Positions 35,685 through 46,225 of a stretch of DNA of 64,000 nt are shown piece by piece; position 1 is the first letter of the stretch; the number at the start of each line of letters is the position of its first letter. A program made the translations under genes and the position numbers. The stretch spans positions 175,026,001-175,090,000 of the forward strand of contig CM126209.1 in NCBI GenBank assembly GCA_052327205.1. The letters are read 5' to 3'. This stretch comes from Somniosus microcephalus. Lineage: Eukaryota. The notes beneath the pieces were generated by a model that saw nothing but the letters and a program-made list of their open reading frames with translations, was not told the origin of the DNA and ran no database searches.

Positions 35685-36184
35685 GGCCTAGAAATTCAGT
35701 TGCGTTCGCCAGCCGTTAGCGCCATAAGAGGGGTAGATTTCGAGCGCTAGGCACTTAGCGCCCGGGCGCAGGCCGATCTGCGCCTACGCCCAACTTCAGT
35801 TGACATTTAGCGCCGGCGCAAAGTGTTTGCGCCCGCTCAGCTGCGCGCGCAGCTTGTGACGTCATTTTGTCGTGCAACGCTGTTTGTGCGCCCCAAACCG
35901 GAAATTCAGTGGCGCCCGCCCAATGTGGGCGTGGCGCTGTTAAGAACTGTGAAGTGGAACGCAGCAGAGGCCCGGCGGGCCTCGGGGAGCGCTAATTAAA
36001 GGGCACTTAGACTGAACTATAAAGGCCAGCCATTTTGCTGCAATGACTTTAGTGCTTTGGATTTCTGGACAGAGACCAAGGAACAGACCTTACTGATTTG
36101 GGACAACATAGGAGAGGTATTTTTGGCTTCTGGCCAGAGCTTGGAAATTTGACTCATTGTGATTTCACTGTTTGCAAGTTTATT

Positions 36185-37333
36185 ATGGGGGCTGCATGGG
36201 GTTCCAACCCTCAGTTCCAGCATTATGTGCGAAGGGCTCGCAGCCGCCATGTGAGAGGGCCAGCCATGCCTAGACGCAGAAGGGCCATCAGGCGTCGGCA
36301 ACGTAGGCCTTACCCACTCAGGGAATACCGGCAGCAGGTGTCCTATCTCACCATGACTGCCGCGCAGTGTGTTAAGAGGCTGCGCTTCAGAAGGGAGGTG
36401 GTTGCAGAGATCTGCCAGCTGCTTCACAGAGATCTGCGTCCACAGCTGATGTGCAGGACGTCTCTGTCGGTGGAAGTGAAGGTCACGGTGGCTCTGAACT
36501 TTTATGCAAGCGGATCCTTCCAAGCCGCTGCTGGGGACATAGCGAACATCTCCCAGTTCGCCGTGCATCGCTGCATCAGGCAGGTCACCGATGCCCTTTT
36601 CGCAAGGAGACACCAATTCATCTCCTTCCCCATGGCCCTAGAGAGGCAGGAGCAGCGTGCAGTCGGATTTGCCAGGATCGCCGACTTCCCCATGGTGCAG
36701 GGCGCCATTGACTGCACGCATGTGGCTCTGCGGGCACCTATCGACAATGCCGAGGATTACCGCAACCGAAAGGGCTACCATTCCCTCAATGTACAGCTGG
36801 TGTGTGACCACAGGCAGCGCATCCTAGCTGTCAATGCCCGCTTTCCAGGAAGCAGCCACGATGCATTTATCCTGCGCCAGACTACTGTGGCTGACATGTT
36901 CGAGGCACAGCCTCCACCAAGGGGATGGCTTATTGGGGACAAGGGCTACCCTTTGTGTACATGGCTCATGACCCCGCTCCGCGCGCCCAGGACCCCTGCT
37001 GAGGAGGCATACAACGAAAGCCATCAAGCCACAAGGAACATCATAGAGCAAACGATTGGCGTCCTCAAGCAACGGTTCCGCTGCCTGGATTGTTCCGGCG
37101 GATCTCTACAGTATTCGCCGGATAGAGTCTCCCAGTTCGTCGTCGTTTGCTGCATGCTGCACAACCTGGCTATCCGCAGGACTCAGGCACTGCCACCTCA
37201 CGTTGGACCACCACCTCAGGAGGACGAGCAGGAGGACCATGAGGAGGAGGAGGAGGAGGAGGAGTACCAGCCCAGGAGGGAGCCACAAGGTCCAAGGGCC
37301 GTCCGCCGGCGGCTTATTGAACGACACTTCTAG
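36185..37333 (+). CDS. Harbinger DDE transposase (HARBI1-like family), 382 aa from the first ATG
   Basis: ALNFYASGSFQ, GAIDCTHV, NRKGYHSLNVQLVCD, FPGSSHDAFIL, WLIGDKGYP, RNIIEQTIGVLKQRFRCL, CCMLHN; no stops. Confidence 0.96.
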   Translation: MGAAWGSNPQFQHYVRRARSRHVRGPAMPRRRRAIRRRQRRPYPLREYRQQVSYLTMTAAQCVKRLRFRREVVAEICQLLHRDLRPQLMCRTSLSVEVKVTVALNFYASGSFQAAAGDIANISQFAVHRCIRQVTDALFARRHQFISFPMALERQEQRAVGFARIADFPMVQGAIDCTHVALRAPIDNAEDYRNRKGYHSLNVQLVCDHRQRILAVNARFPGSSHDAFILRQTTVADMFEAQPPPRGWLIGDKGYPLCTWLMTPLRAPRTPAEEAYNESHQATRNIIEQTIGVLKQRFRCLDCSGGSLQYSPDRVSQFVVVCCMLHNLAIRRTQALPPHVGPPPQEDEQEDHEEEEEEEEYQPRREPQGPRAVRRRLIERHF

Positions 37334-37446
37334 GCCCCCTGTCAGGGAATGGCTTGTGGCAATGAACGCACCTGAATGCAGCCGCTCCGCAAGCCCTCAG
37401 CCGGTTAACGCAACAACCACTTGAAACATGACACCTGGACAAGCTG

Positions 37447-37468
37447 AATAAATAAAAAGCTTTATTTA
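37447..37468. terminator. Back-to-back poly(A) signals for the convergent Harbinger genes
   Basis: AATAAATAAAAAGCTTTATTT has AATAAA on both strands, between the two stop codons. Confidence 0.55.
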
Positions 37469-37672
37469 ACAAACTCAGGGCCCTTCCCACATGAAACAGA
37501 AAAACAGACAAGACCCCCAAAAAACAGTCAAAAACATATCTCACTCCCACAACCTGGGGAGGAATAACAAAACTTGTCCATCCAATTGGCCTTCATCCTC
37601 GGCCTAACCAAGACAAACCCCCCCATACAGAACACAAACACCCCCATATAAAAAAACAGTTGGCAACACACT

Positions 37673-39649
37673 CTACTTGGTGTGCCGAGAGGGCGAGTCC
37701 TTGTGCAGGCTTCTCCGGCCCCTGCCCGACCTGTTGCTCCGCCTCAACCTGGGCCCTCTGGGTGTTGCAAGGCTGGGGGAAGGCTCCTGAGGGGCACAAT
37801 GCGTGACGGCAGATGCCCTTGGGGGTTGGCCTAGGCGAGGTCCGGCCCTGGAGGGGCCGGCTGCTGACTGCTGCAGCTGTGGCTGGGCAGCATCAGTCTC
37901 ACCAGCAGCTCGTCGCAGCTTGGCTGGGGGAGTGGCAGTGGCGGCTGCAGCAATGGGGGCAAGCTGGCTGATGCCAGGCGCTTGCTGGTCGCCAGAGACA
38001 CTGGCACTCGGCCGGGCTGGCACTGCAGCAAGCGCAGCAATCTGGTGAAGGCCAGACCGCTGTGCTGCAGCAGGGCGGTGGGTGCCCTGGCGATGCGTCC
38101 GTGACACAGCGAGTGTGGCAGAAGTGAGTGCCCGAACTGCCCTGGTCTGTGCCCGCATCAGACCAGCCAGTGTCTGCACGGCACCACTCAGGAACTCTTG
38201 ACTCGCGTCCTGTGCTGCCGCGAGTTGGTCGACACCCCTGGCCTGTGAGTCCCCGAAATCGGCCACACTATGAGCCAGGGACTCAATGGCCTGAGGCAAC
38301 TGTCCCACAACCCCCATGAACTCAGTGTGGCGCCGCTCCGAGTCCGCGGACATTTCATCAAGGAGGCGCACCTCCTGGGCGAGGACCGTCTCCGGACTGG
38401 AGGCCGGACTCTCCCTCTGGGGAGAAGGCCGCCGAGCTGCCCGACCCTTCCCGCGTGCCTGGACGCCACTGGGCCCAGCAACTGCCCTCCCCTGCAACAC
38501 TTCCCCCCTCTGGGGAGAAGGCAGCCGTGCTGCCCGACCCTTCCCGCGTGCCTGGACACCACTGGGCCCAGGAGCTACACCCCCCTGCAACACTTCCCCC
38601 TGGCTCTCCTCCAGGCAAGACGTGTCCCCTCCATTGCCATCCCCTGGCGCGGATGAGGGTTCCCCCGATGTGCCGCCTTCCTCTTGGTCCTCGTCGTCCT
38701 CCTCTTCCGAGGGACTGGCACTCTCAGCTTCAGGGACCTCCTCCTCACCAGCTGAAAGCAGGAAGGCACAAGAGTAGTTTTAGAGTGAGGACAGGGCGTC
38801 AGCGAGGGAGGCATGAGTGTTGGCATTATGCGCATTGGTGGGACAGTGGCAAAGGATGTAGATCTGAAGCGCAAGGGGAATGAGAGAGGTCCAAACGGTC
38901 ATGTCCTTACCATTGGGGCCCAGCACAGGGTCGGCATCTCCAATAGCTACGGGGCCAACCACCCGGGCACGCATGAGTCGAGCCACGCACTCCTCCAGGT
39001 CACTGAGCTCCTGGAACTGGACACGGCCTCCCCCGGTGACAGTCCGGCTCTTCAGATTCTGCGCCAGCTTGGCCTGCAAGAGAAAGGATGGCCTCTAAGT
39101 ACAGTGTGGTGCCCTGTTGTTGTGTGCACTGCCTCCCATGGTCGAATAGCTTGGCCAGTGTGGTGCCCTGTTGTTGTGTGCACTGCCTCCCATGGTCGAA
39201 TAGCTTGGCCAGTGTGGTGCCCTGTTGTTGTGTGCACTGCCTCCCATGGTCGAATAGCTTGGCCAGTGTGTAAAGTGCAGAAAGTGCTATTGATGATCAT
39301 GCCAGTGCCATAGCTGCGGGAGGAGGGCTGGCCATTAGGCCTTTGAGGTCCCTTTGCCCATAATGTGAGGTGCACATGCAAGGATGAGGAGGACACTGGA
39401 AAGGGTACTCACCCTGACCAACCGAGTGAGGTCGTTGTACTTCTTGCGGCATTGGTCACCAGTCCTGGGGACATTGCTGTTGGCTGAGACCCTCTGGGCG
39501 ATTTCCCTCCAGGCTCTCCTGTACTGCCTCCTGGGAGCCTTCTTGCCACTGTCCGGGCACAAGATCTCTCTTTTCTTTTCCAAACCCCTAAGCAGCACCC
39601 TCAAAGCATGCTCTGAGAAGCGCTGCGCTCGTTCACGGGCCTTCTGCAT
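37673..39649 (-). CDS. Harbinger Myb/SANT-like DNA-binding protein, 3 exons (39649-39413, 39073-38911, 38751-37673), about 492 aa
   Basis: RAQRFSEHALRVLL...AWREIAQRVSANSNVPRTGDQCRKKYNDL; donors AGG|GTGAGT and ATG|GTAAGG, acceptors TTGCAG and TTTCAG; intron phases 0 and 1 keep a single frame into ORF 37673-38593. Confidence 0.9.
38415..38600. repeat. 93-bp x2 coding tandem repeat in Myb exon 3
   Basis: GEVLQG....GPSGVQARGKGRAAR.PSPQR occurs twice. Confidence 0.9.
39102..39269. repeat. 54-bp x3 perfect tandem repeat in Myb intron 1
   Basis: CAGTGTGGTGCCCTGTTGTTGTGTGCACTGCCTCCCATGGTCGAATAGCTTGGC at 39102, 39156 and 39210. Confidence 0.95.
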
Positions 39650-40014
39650 GGCTTCAGGCGCTATTTGGGTCCACCAGCAGTGTTCAGGCCTAGCTGCAGG
39701 GCTCCACTATCCAGGGCGTGGCAGCAGACAAAGTCGACCCTTCCCCCTTTAAGAGCTGGCCGGCGTCAGGGTGTCTGCTGTCAATCAAAACATGACCGCA
39801 CCTGCGCTGCGCCCGGCCTCGGCGTTATCAGTCTGCACCGCCGGCTTAGCACCTAAAGATAGGAGTGCAACGCCAGTTTCAGCGCTCGCCCAAACTCCTT
39901 GGCCAAAGCTACTGAATATTGGCGAAGTGGCCTCCACTTTCCGGCGGGCGCTAACTTTAGCGCCCGCCCGACTTTACCGCCCCAAAAGTTGCTGCACTGA
40001 ATTTCTAGGCCTTA

Positions 40015-40117
40015 GTCTTTAGACTACCCTCCTCCAGTAAACACCTGTTGATTGTTAATTTACAGCCTCCGTCTAGTTATTGGAAAACATCATACTTTAA
40101 GAATCACGGATTCAACA
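40015..40117 (+). repeat. 3' LTR of Gypsy C, right part
   Basis: Matches the second half of the 5' LTR; followed by TSD GGCAC. Confidence 0.95.
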
Positions 40118-40286
40118 GGCACAATGTCCATCATTCGGGGAAATTTGGGAACAGGCATGCTGTGGAGATTTGCCCCTACCTGAATTTGGGTCAGAGGGAT
40201 ATGGTAAGAATGACTGAGTAGGGGGAAGGCCTTAGACTTGAAGTTAGGTGTAAAGAGGGAAATTCACTGGTCTTAAAAGGAGATAA

Positions 40287-40465
40287 GGGAGTGAAATTGG
40301 TTCGATGATGGCACAAAATGAATAGCAAATGGGAAGCCTGTTTTACAGCCCACCCCATTTTCTTTTCGATTGTTTCAATGGAAAAGAAATTGGGGCAAAG
40401 TGTAAAATGGGCTGCTGATTCGCTACCTCCCATTTTGCACTACTACCAAAGACCAATTTCATCCC
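40287..40465. mobile_element. Small palindromic MITE
   Basis: GGGAGTGAAATTGGT / ACCAATTTCATCCC ends, inner TTTTACA/TGTAAAA arms, centre ATTGTTTCAAT; a half copy follows to ~40566. Confidence 0.6.
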
Positions 40466-40608
40466 AAATAAGTCAATCCAAAGAAAAATCAGACGGGGTG
40501 TATAACGGGCAGCCAATCCGCAGCATCAAGCTTACCACCCAGTGGTAAAAGCTGAAATTTACTCCCTAGTCTTTCACATTTACATCGTGACCTGGTTTCA
40601 GATACGTA

Positions 40609-42159
40609 GGGCTTGATTTTAATAGCCCTGAGGAGGTGGGTTTGGAGGCGGGTCGGCAGCAAAAATCGGAAAAAATGGCTTCAGACACCCAACCCGCCTC
40701 CACCCAATTTTCATCAGTGTCAGGTCAGCCATTCCCAAACTGACCCAACTGGAACCGGTGGGACAGGTTGTTAGGCAGTTAAGAACCTGTTAACTGCCTT
40801 GCTAATCCTATTTTTATAGTAGTTTCCCATTTTCATCCTTCTGGCTCCTGTTTCCCATTTTGTCAGAAACATGTCAGCTGCAAGGAGACGAGTTTCTTGA
40901 GGACATGAATTGTAGTCATTGGTGCAGCACTTTAAAAATGCTCTTGTAACATGGCTGACATTCAAATGCAACAACTTTGTTGTTGGAGGTTTGGGATAAG
41001 ATTTTGCACATCTACTGACCTTGTGACTGTTCAAGCTGACACCCATCTGCAGTGTTACCTGATTGGAATAATTTCAGGCCACTTTGCGTGTGCGCTTGCA
41101 AGCTTTTTGCCTCAACTGAAATCTATAGCAACGGGATGGGAACTATTTACATCCTCTCATCCTGATCGTCAGGTTCGGAGGAAGCGCAGCCACGGCAGCA
41201 CCACAACCAGCCACAACAGCAGCACCAGCAGCAGGAGCGCCAACCTCCTCCTCATTCACCTGATACTGCACTGGACACAGGGCATCAGCCCCTGACAAAA
41301 TTACTGGTCGGGAGTCCAGCAATGGCATCACCATGGCCAGATGTTCTTTACTTGATGCTGTAAGCCCTGGTTGCCACATGATGTGCCAGGTTGACACCAT
41401 CCCACACCAGCACCGTGAAGCATCCCTTTAATGTCCAAGCCATTCCACGCACACACGTCACTATAGCGGGGGGGGAGGAGTTATGACTGAGCAATCACTA
41501 GAAATCAGTAAGACACTCTTCAATGTGCGCTCAGATCTGTCCAATAAGAGGCACTTTTGGAAAAAGATATTACACTGTATGACAACACATTACCAGAAAC
41601 TTCACATGGACATTGGCTAAAACTCTCAAGTGCCCACCCTTGTGTATTGTTAGTTGGTATGCTTTCAGTAGGGCGAGGATGAATGTGAGAGGTGGCTAGT
41701 GAGATGGGGAAATTATAAAGCAGATAGAGAGTGTTGGTTGGAGGTTCAAGGTAAGTTGATGTCCTGCGGAGGTCTCGTCTGCCCTTGGAAAGGAAGAGAA
41801 CCTCCCTGCATGCTGTGACTCCCGCCATAAGCAAATGGAGGGAGTAATTGGAGAGCCTGGGTGCAAGTGTTTACCTTTGTGCAGTGATTATCAGGGTTTG
41901 CAACACCTCAATGCTGTCAAACACTGACAGATCAATTGTCAAAATAAAATTGTGCGTGGTCCCTTTAAGGAAACTGGCAGATGATGCGTCATGAAATGGC
42001 CTCATCAGACCCGCTTCCTGTTAATTGGCCAGTAAGCCTGCAGAGCGGGCTGAACAAGGCCAATCAAGGGACAATCACATCTGCAGCTGGGGGGCGGGAT
42101 CGGAACCCGGAAACCAGCTGACTCGCCCCCATCTCGCCTCCAGAATTAAATTTGCGGCC
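40609..42159. mobile_element. Harbinger deletion derivative with a Myb remnant
   Basis: TSD GTA (40606-40608, 42160-42162); imperfect TIRs GGGCTTGATTTTAA / TTAAATTTGCGGCC; minus-strand LMAGVTACREVLFLSKGRR at 41834-41770. Confidence 0.65.
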
Positions 42160-42411
42160 GTAATGTAAAATGATCCATGTCACAGATGATACCAAATTAG
42201 TGGTGCATTTGAGTCTGAATAATCAACCAAGGACTAACAAAATTGCCTTGATAACATCTGTAAGTGAGCAGACCAGTAGAAGATGAATTTCAATATGGAT
42301 AAGTGTAAAATGTTGCACATTGGAAGAATAGGGGCAACATACATAGCGCATGAGTGGTGTTGAATAGCTAAGGGTAATGTTGAAAGAGATCTAAGGGAAT
42401 TAGTATACTAT

Positions 42412-43078
42412 GGGGAGAAATTTGGTGGGTTAGTGCCTCCCATTAGTGCCCCTGGGAGGCGATAACTGGACGCTAAGACTTACTGCCCCGGCGCAGTGAG
42501 ATGAACGACTCCCGCGAAGTTCGGTGAGAGGTTTGCGGTGGTGATAAGACTTCGCGTCACGATCTCCTTCACCCAGAGATCGTGATGTCATTGCCGTGCG
42601 CATCGCCTTGTTCGCGCCCGGACCCGAACTTCGGTTCCGTCCCCTGCAGCATCGCCAGGCGATGACACCGACAGCTGCAGGAGGCATTGATTGGGAGGCC
42701 GGACGCTTCGGGGACGAAAGTTAAAGGGGAGGTTGCTGAGATAGGTACCTACATTTCTGAAGTGTTTTTGTTGAATTTTTTTTTACTTCTCCTGGGCCGC
42801 GATCAATCAGCCCGGCACTCTGCTGGAGTGCATGGGGCTGATCGAGCCGGATTGCAATCGCCATCAGGGACCAGCTAATTGGTCCCAATGCACAACCTGC
42901 AGCGATGGCCCTTCCCTTTAAGGGAGGGAAGGAGCCTCGGATCGCGGCAGCACTGCACGGGACATTGTGCACCTCTACCGCCCCGCCTGCATCCTTTCGT
43001 GAAAGCTGGGACTCTGGCGCTAAGTTTCTCAGCTTTTAAAAGTTACTGCCCCCAAATGTGATAATGAATTTCTCCCCC
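42412..43078. mobile_element. Harbinger-type MITE
   Basis: TIRs GGGGAGAAATT / AATTTCTCCCC(C); TSD TAT. Confidence 0.75.
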
Positions 43079-43311
43079 TATACACTTAACATATCAAGTA
43101 ACAGTGGAGCAGCAGTCAACAAAGCAAACAGAATGTTGAACAATGCTACTCAATAAGCAAAGCATAACATGGCGAATGTCGTGTGCGAAGACCCATGTAA
43201 GCATTGGATAACTGGATCTTCAACAGCTCCCAGACAAAGCTCCAAACAGTTATGTATGTAGAACAGAATGTATTTATTAATAACTAGTAACAAATCAGCA
43301 ACCACAATAAA

Positions 43312-45099
43312 GGGGGAAATTTTTACCTAAAAAAGTGCGTTTGGGAGTGGGCAGGTGGTTAAAAGGGATGAAACTGACAGCCGAGAGGCCGGCTCGAACC
43401 CACCGACTTCCGCTTTTAACTACAGTGCTTTCGGCTGCGTGCGAGGCAGGTTGGCAATTGAAAGATGTTAAGAGGCAATTAGAAGCTAGTAAGAGGCTGT
43501 TTTAACTGCAGATTTGAATTTTAACTCAGAGCACAGGTTTGCCAGATTTGCCAGGCTTCCTAGAACTCACCAGTGAAAGCAAGGCACAAACTGAGGGAGC
43601 TGATCTAATGATAGGCAAACAATCCCATAAGTACTCAGACCTCACACCTGCTTCCTTGTCTAAGCGAAAGGCTCTTGGAAAGTGGGCTTTCACTACTTTG
43701 TAGCTGATTTCCACTACTTCCACTACTGATTTCGGCTACCTTGGATTTTTGAGAGTCTGATCTGCACTTTCCATCTGTCAATCATCAGTTCAGCATGGGT
43801 GCCGCTTATGCAGCTTTACCTTGGACCTCCGTTGAGGGCCAATATGAGCTTTAGCAGCTCCAGCAGCAGCAGAAGCACTAGCAGGAGCAGCAACAGCAGC
43901 CTTCTCCTCACTGACCTGTCACTCCACAGGAAAGAGGGGATGAGCACAGGGGTGCAGCTCGCAGGAGGCGATAGCCCCAGCACAGGGTATATAGGTTCAG
44001 CTTCCTGGACATGTCGGAACACCAGTGTCTCAGGAGGTTCAGGGTCTTGCGTCAGGTGGTCGCAGACATTTGCAGCCTCCTGGAAGAAGACCCCTTGCCA
44101 AGTGGACCTGGTAGGCACGCTTTGCCAGTGGCTGCCAAAGTCACCACCACCCTCAATTTCTTCACTTCTGGCTCCTTCCAGAGATCTGCAAGAGCTATCT
44201 GGAGAATCTCACAACCTGCTGTCCACTCATGTGACTGATGCCATGTTTGCCAGGGCTGGCAATTATGTGCACTTTGCAACTGATGAGGTCAGTCAGAATG
44301 AGCGGGTGCTTGGCTTTGCGGCTCTGTCTGGCTTCCCACAGGTCCATCAATTGCATACAGGTGTCCCCATATCACCCTGGAGCAAGGGCTTCCACTTCAT
44401 CAATGTTCGGCTTGTATGCAACCACAAAGAAATCATCATGCAGGTGTTTGCAAGATTCCCAGGCAACTGCCGTGATGCTTTCATCCTGCACCAGTCCACC
44501 CTCCCAGAGCTCTTCGGACCTCGAAGCAGAGTTAGCGGCTGGCTCCTTGGAGACAAGGGTTACCCCCTGAAGATGTGGCTGATGACACCATTAAGAGTCC
44601 AAACAATGAGGCCCAGGAGATATACAATCAAAGCCACATGACTACGAGAACTGTCATTGAGCAAGCAATCAAAATGCTGAAGGTGCGCTTTAGGTGCCTG
44701 GACAGATAGGAATGGGTGCACCTGCAAGCTAAGTACGTATGAGGAGTGATGTGCTGGAATCGGCTTGGGAAGAGAATCTCCCTGCAGGCCCTTACAGAAT
44801 GCCGCATCAGCTCTAGAGAGGCATCATTTAAGCGACGTGCAGCCTTGCCATGTTGGGACTCCACTAATGTAGTTTCTTCCTCTGTTCCCCCACCTGGACA
44901 ATCCTTCAACTTTCACTTTCGCAGGGTCCCTTTAAACATTCCATGCGTGTTGTCATCATGCCCACTTCCGTTAATTGGTCGGGAAACCCAGAAGTGCAGT
45001 TAAAAAGCCTGTGACAAATGTGCTGCTGAAACTTCCAGGTTCCACACACACTACAGGGCTCCCCTGCTGCCAGCACATTGGACAGTTAAAATTCTGGCC
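43312..45099 (+). mobile_element. Degenerate, internally deleted autonomous-type Harbinger
   Basis: Ends GGGGGAAATTTT / AAAATTCTGGCC; transposase pseudogene on +, Myb exon-1 remnant AARRLNDASLELMRHSVRACREILFP on - (44845-44760). Confidence 0.7.
43930..44710 (+). pseudogene. Harbinger transposase pseudogene
   Basis: Across frames: MSEHQCLRRFR...LNFFTSGSFQ, VTDAMFARAGNYVHF...GFPQV, ARFPGNCRDAFIL, WLLGDKGYPLKMWLMTPLR, TRTVIEQAIKMLKVRFRCLDR. Confidence 0.9.
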
Positions 45100-46225
45100 A
45101 ATATATCAATTGCCATCACTGTCTGACTGGAGCATAGGAACAGGAGTAGGCTATTCAGCCCCATAATCTTGTCCCTTCTTTATGTGCAGAACCTTCTTGC
45201 CTTACATACCCGATTTCCCATTTTCAGGGGTGGAGGAGCCACAGCTCTACTTTACACAGCCCAGTCCCTCAGGGTTGTTACACATGCTAAAAATATACAG
45301 TACTCTGGAAATACTGGACCTTGAATATTGTTTTCTGATCTGGTTACTGTGGCACAAAGAGACATTCAAGTCCTGGAAGTGATGCAGAAAAGATCATAAA
45401 GCTGACCCCTTCATGAGTTATGGGTAAGACAAAAGACACTTGGACTCGTCAGTCTTGAAAGAAAATGATTAAGAGAGAACCTCACAGAAATATATAAGAT
45501 AATGAAGGCTATGGAAAAGGTCAGTCCAGAGGCTACTTCAAATTAAACTGTGACAGTAGGACAAGGGGTCACACATTCAAATTGCCAGAAGATAAATTTA
45601 GGATTGATGTCTGGAAATTCTACTTCACACAAAGACTGATCAACACTTCAGGGTGGATTTTCTGGAGGTGGAAACTTTAGAATAATTTAAGAAACATTCA
45701 AATGCTGTGATGAGGCCTGTGTGTTTTTGTTCTGGATGGATGAGCTGGGATAGGGTAAATAACTTTGCTCAACTGTATGTTTATGATCTTGTGAAATATC
45801 ACTGAAATGTATTCCCACCATTTATTTACTTAAATACCAAGTTCTAACATGATCATTTATCACATGATTGATCCCTTCATGCATCGTGCCTAAAAGAGCA
45901 CATTTACAGGGTAAGATTATGATGAGCTTAATTTTTAATTGACTTGGTTCATGTGTTTGATCTCAGAGCAAAGCCACACCTATGGTTCTGCTTGGCTCAA
46001 CTTGATAATCTTTGGCTCACAACTTCTAGAATATCTCTTCTGTATCTGTGGGGAGCAAAATCAAAAAAATAGCAGTAGCAGAAATGTCTTTTAAATATAT
46101 TAGCTGGCAAATCAGGGTGCAGTTGAGGCAGTAGTTCCAAGCCCAAATGTCTCATGAATTTAACCCAGATGATCCTGGGAGCAAATTACAGATTACACAT
46201 TTTCGAACTGGTATAAAAAAAAAAA

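Larger units (their letters stand above)
35685..40011 (+). mobile_element. Autonomous PIF/Harbinger DNA transposon (4327 bp), apparently intact
   Basis: Perfect 16-bp TIRs GGCCTAGAAATTCAGT / ACTGAATTTCTAGGCC; TSD TTA (35682-35684, 40012-40014); convergent transposase and Myb/SANT genes. Confidence 0.97.
27957..40117 (+). mobile_element. Full-length Ty3/Gypsy LTR retrotransposon C with an internal duplication and a Harbinger in its 3' LTR
   Basis: LTRs 27957-28168 and 35575-35684 + 40015-40117 (TGTAG...CAACA); 5-bp TSD GGCAC (27952-27956, 40118-40122); PBS TGGCGACGAGG at 28170; PPT AAAAGGGGAGGAA at 35561-35573; domain order gag-PR-RT-RH-IN. Confidence 0.97.
42170..45790 (+). mobile_element. 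Old CR1/L2-like LINE RT remnant broken by insertions (pieces ~42170-42411, 43079-43176, 45281-45790)
   Basis: DDTKL, FNMDKCKMLHIG, MLKIYSTL...LEYC and TRGH-like motifs occur in the expected order. Confidence 0.6.

Noticed and set aside
36185-37333. Host gene HARBI1, or NAIF1/MSANTD for the Myb ORFs
   Set aside because: The genes lie inside TIR- and TSD-bounded elements, so they are transposon genes rather than domesticated loci; no gene symbol given.
39102-39269. CRISPR-like array
   Set aside because: Head-to-tail identical units with no spacers, inside a spliceosomal intron.
43177-45280. Solo LTR surrounding the degenerate Harbinger
   Set aside because: TG/CA ends and a minus-strand AATAAA are present, but I found no matching TSD; left uncalled.
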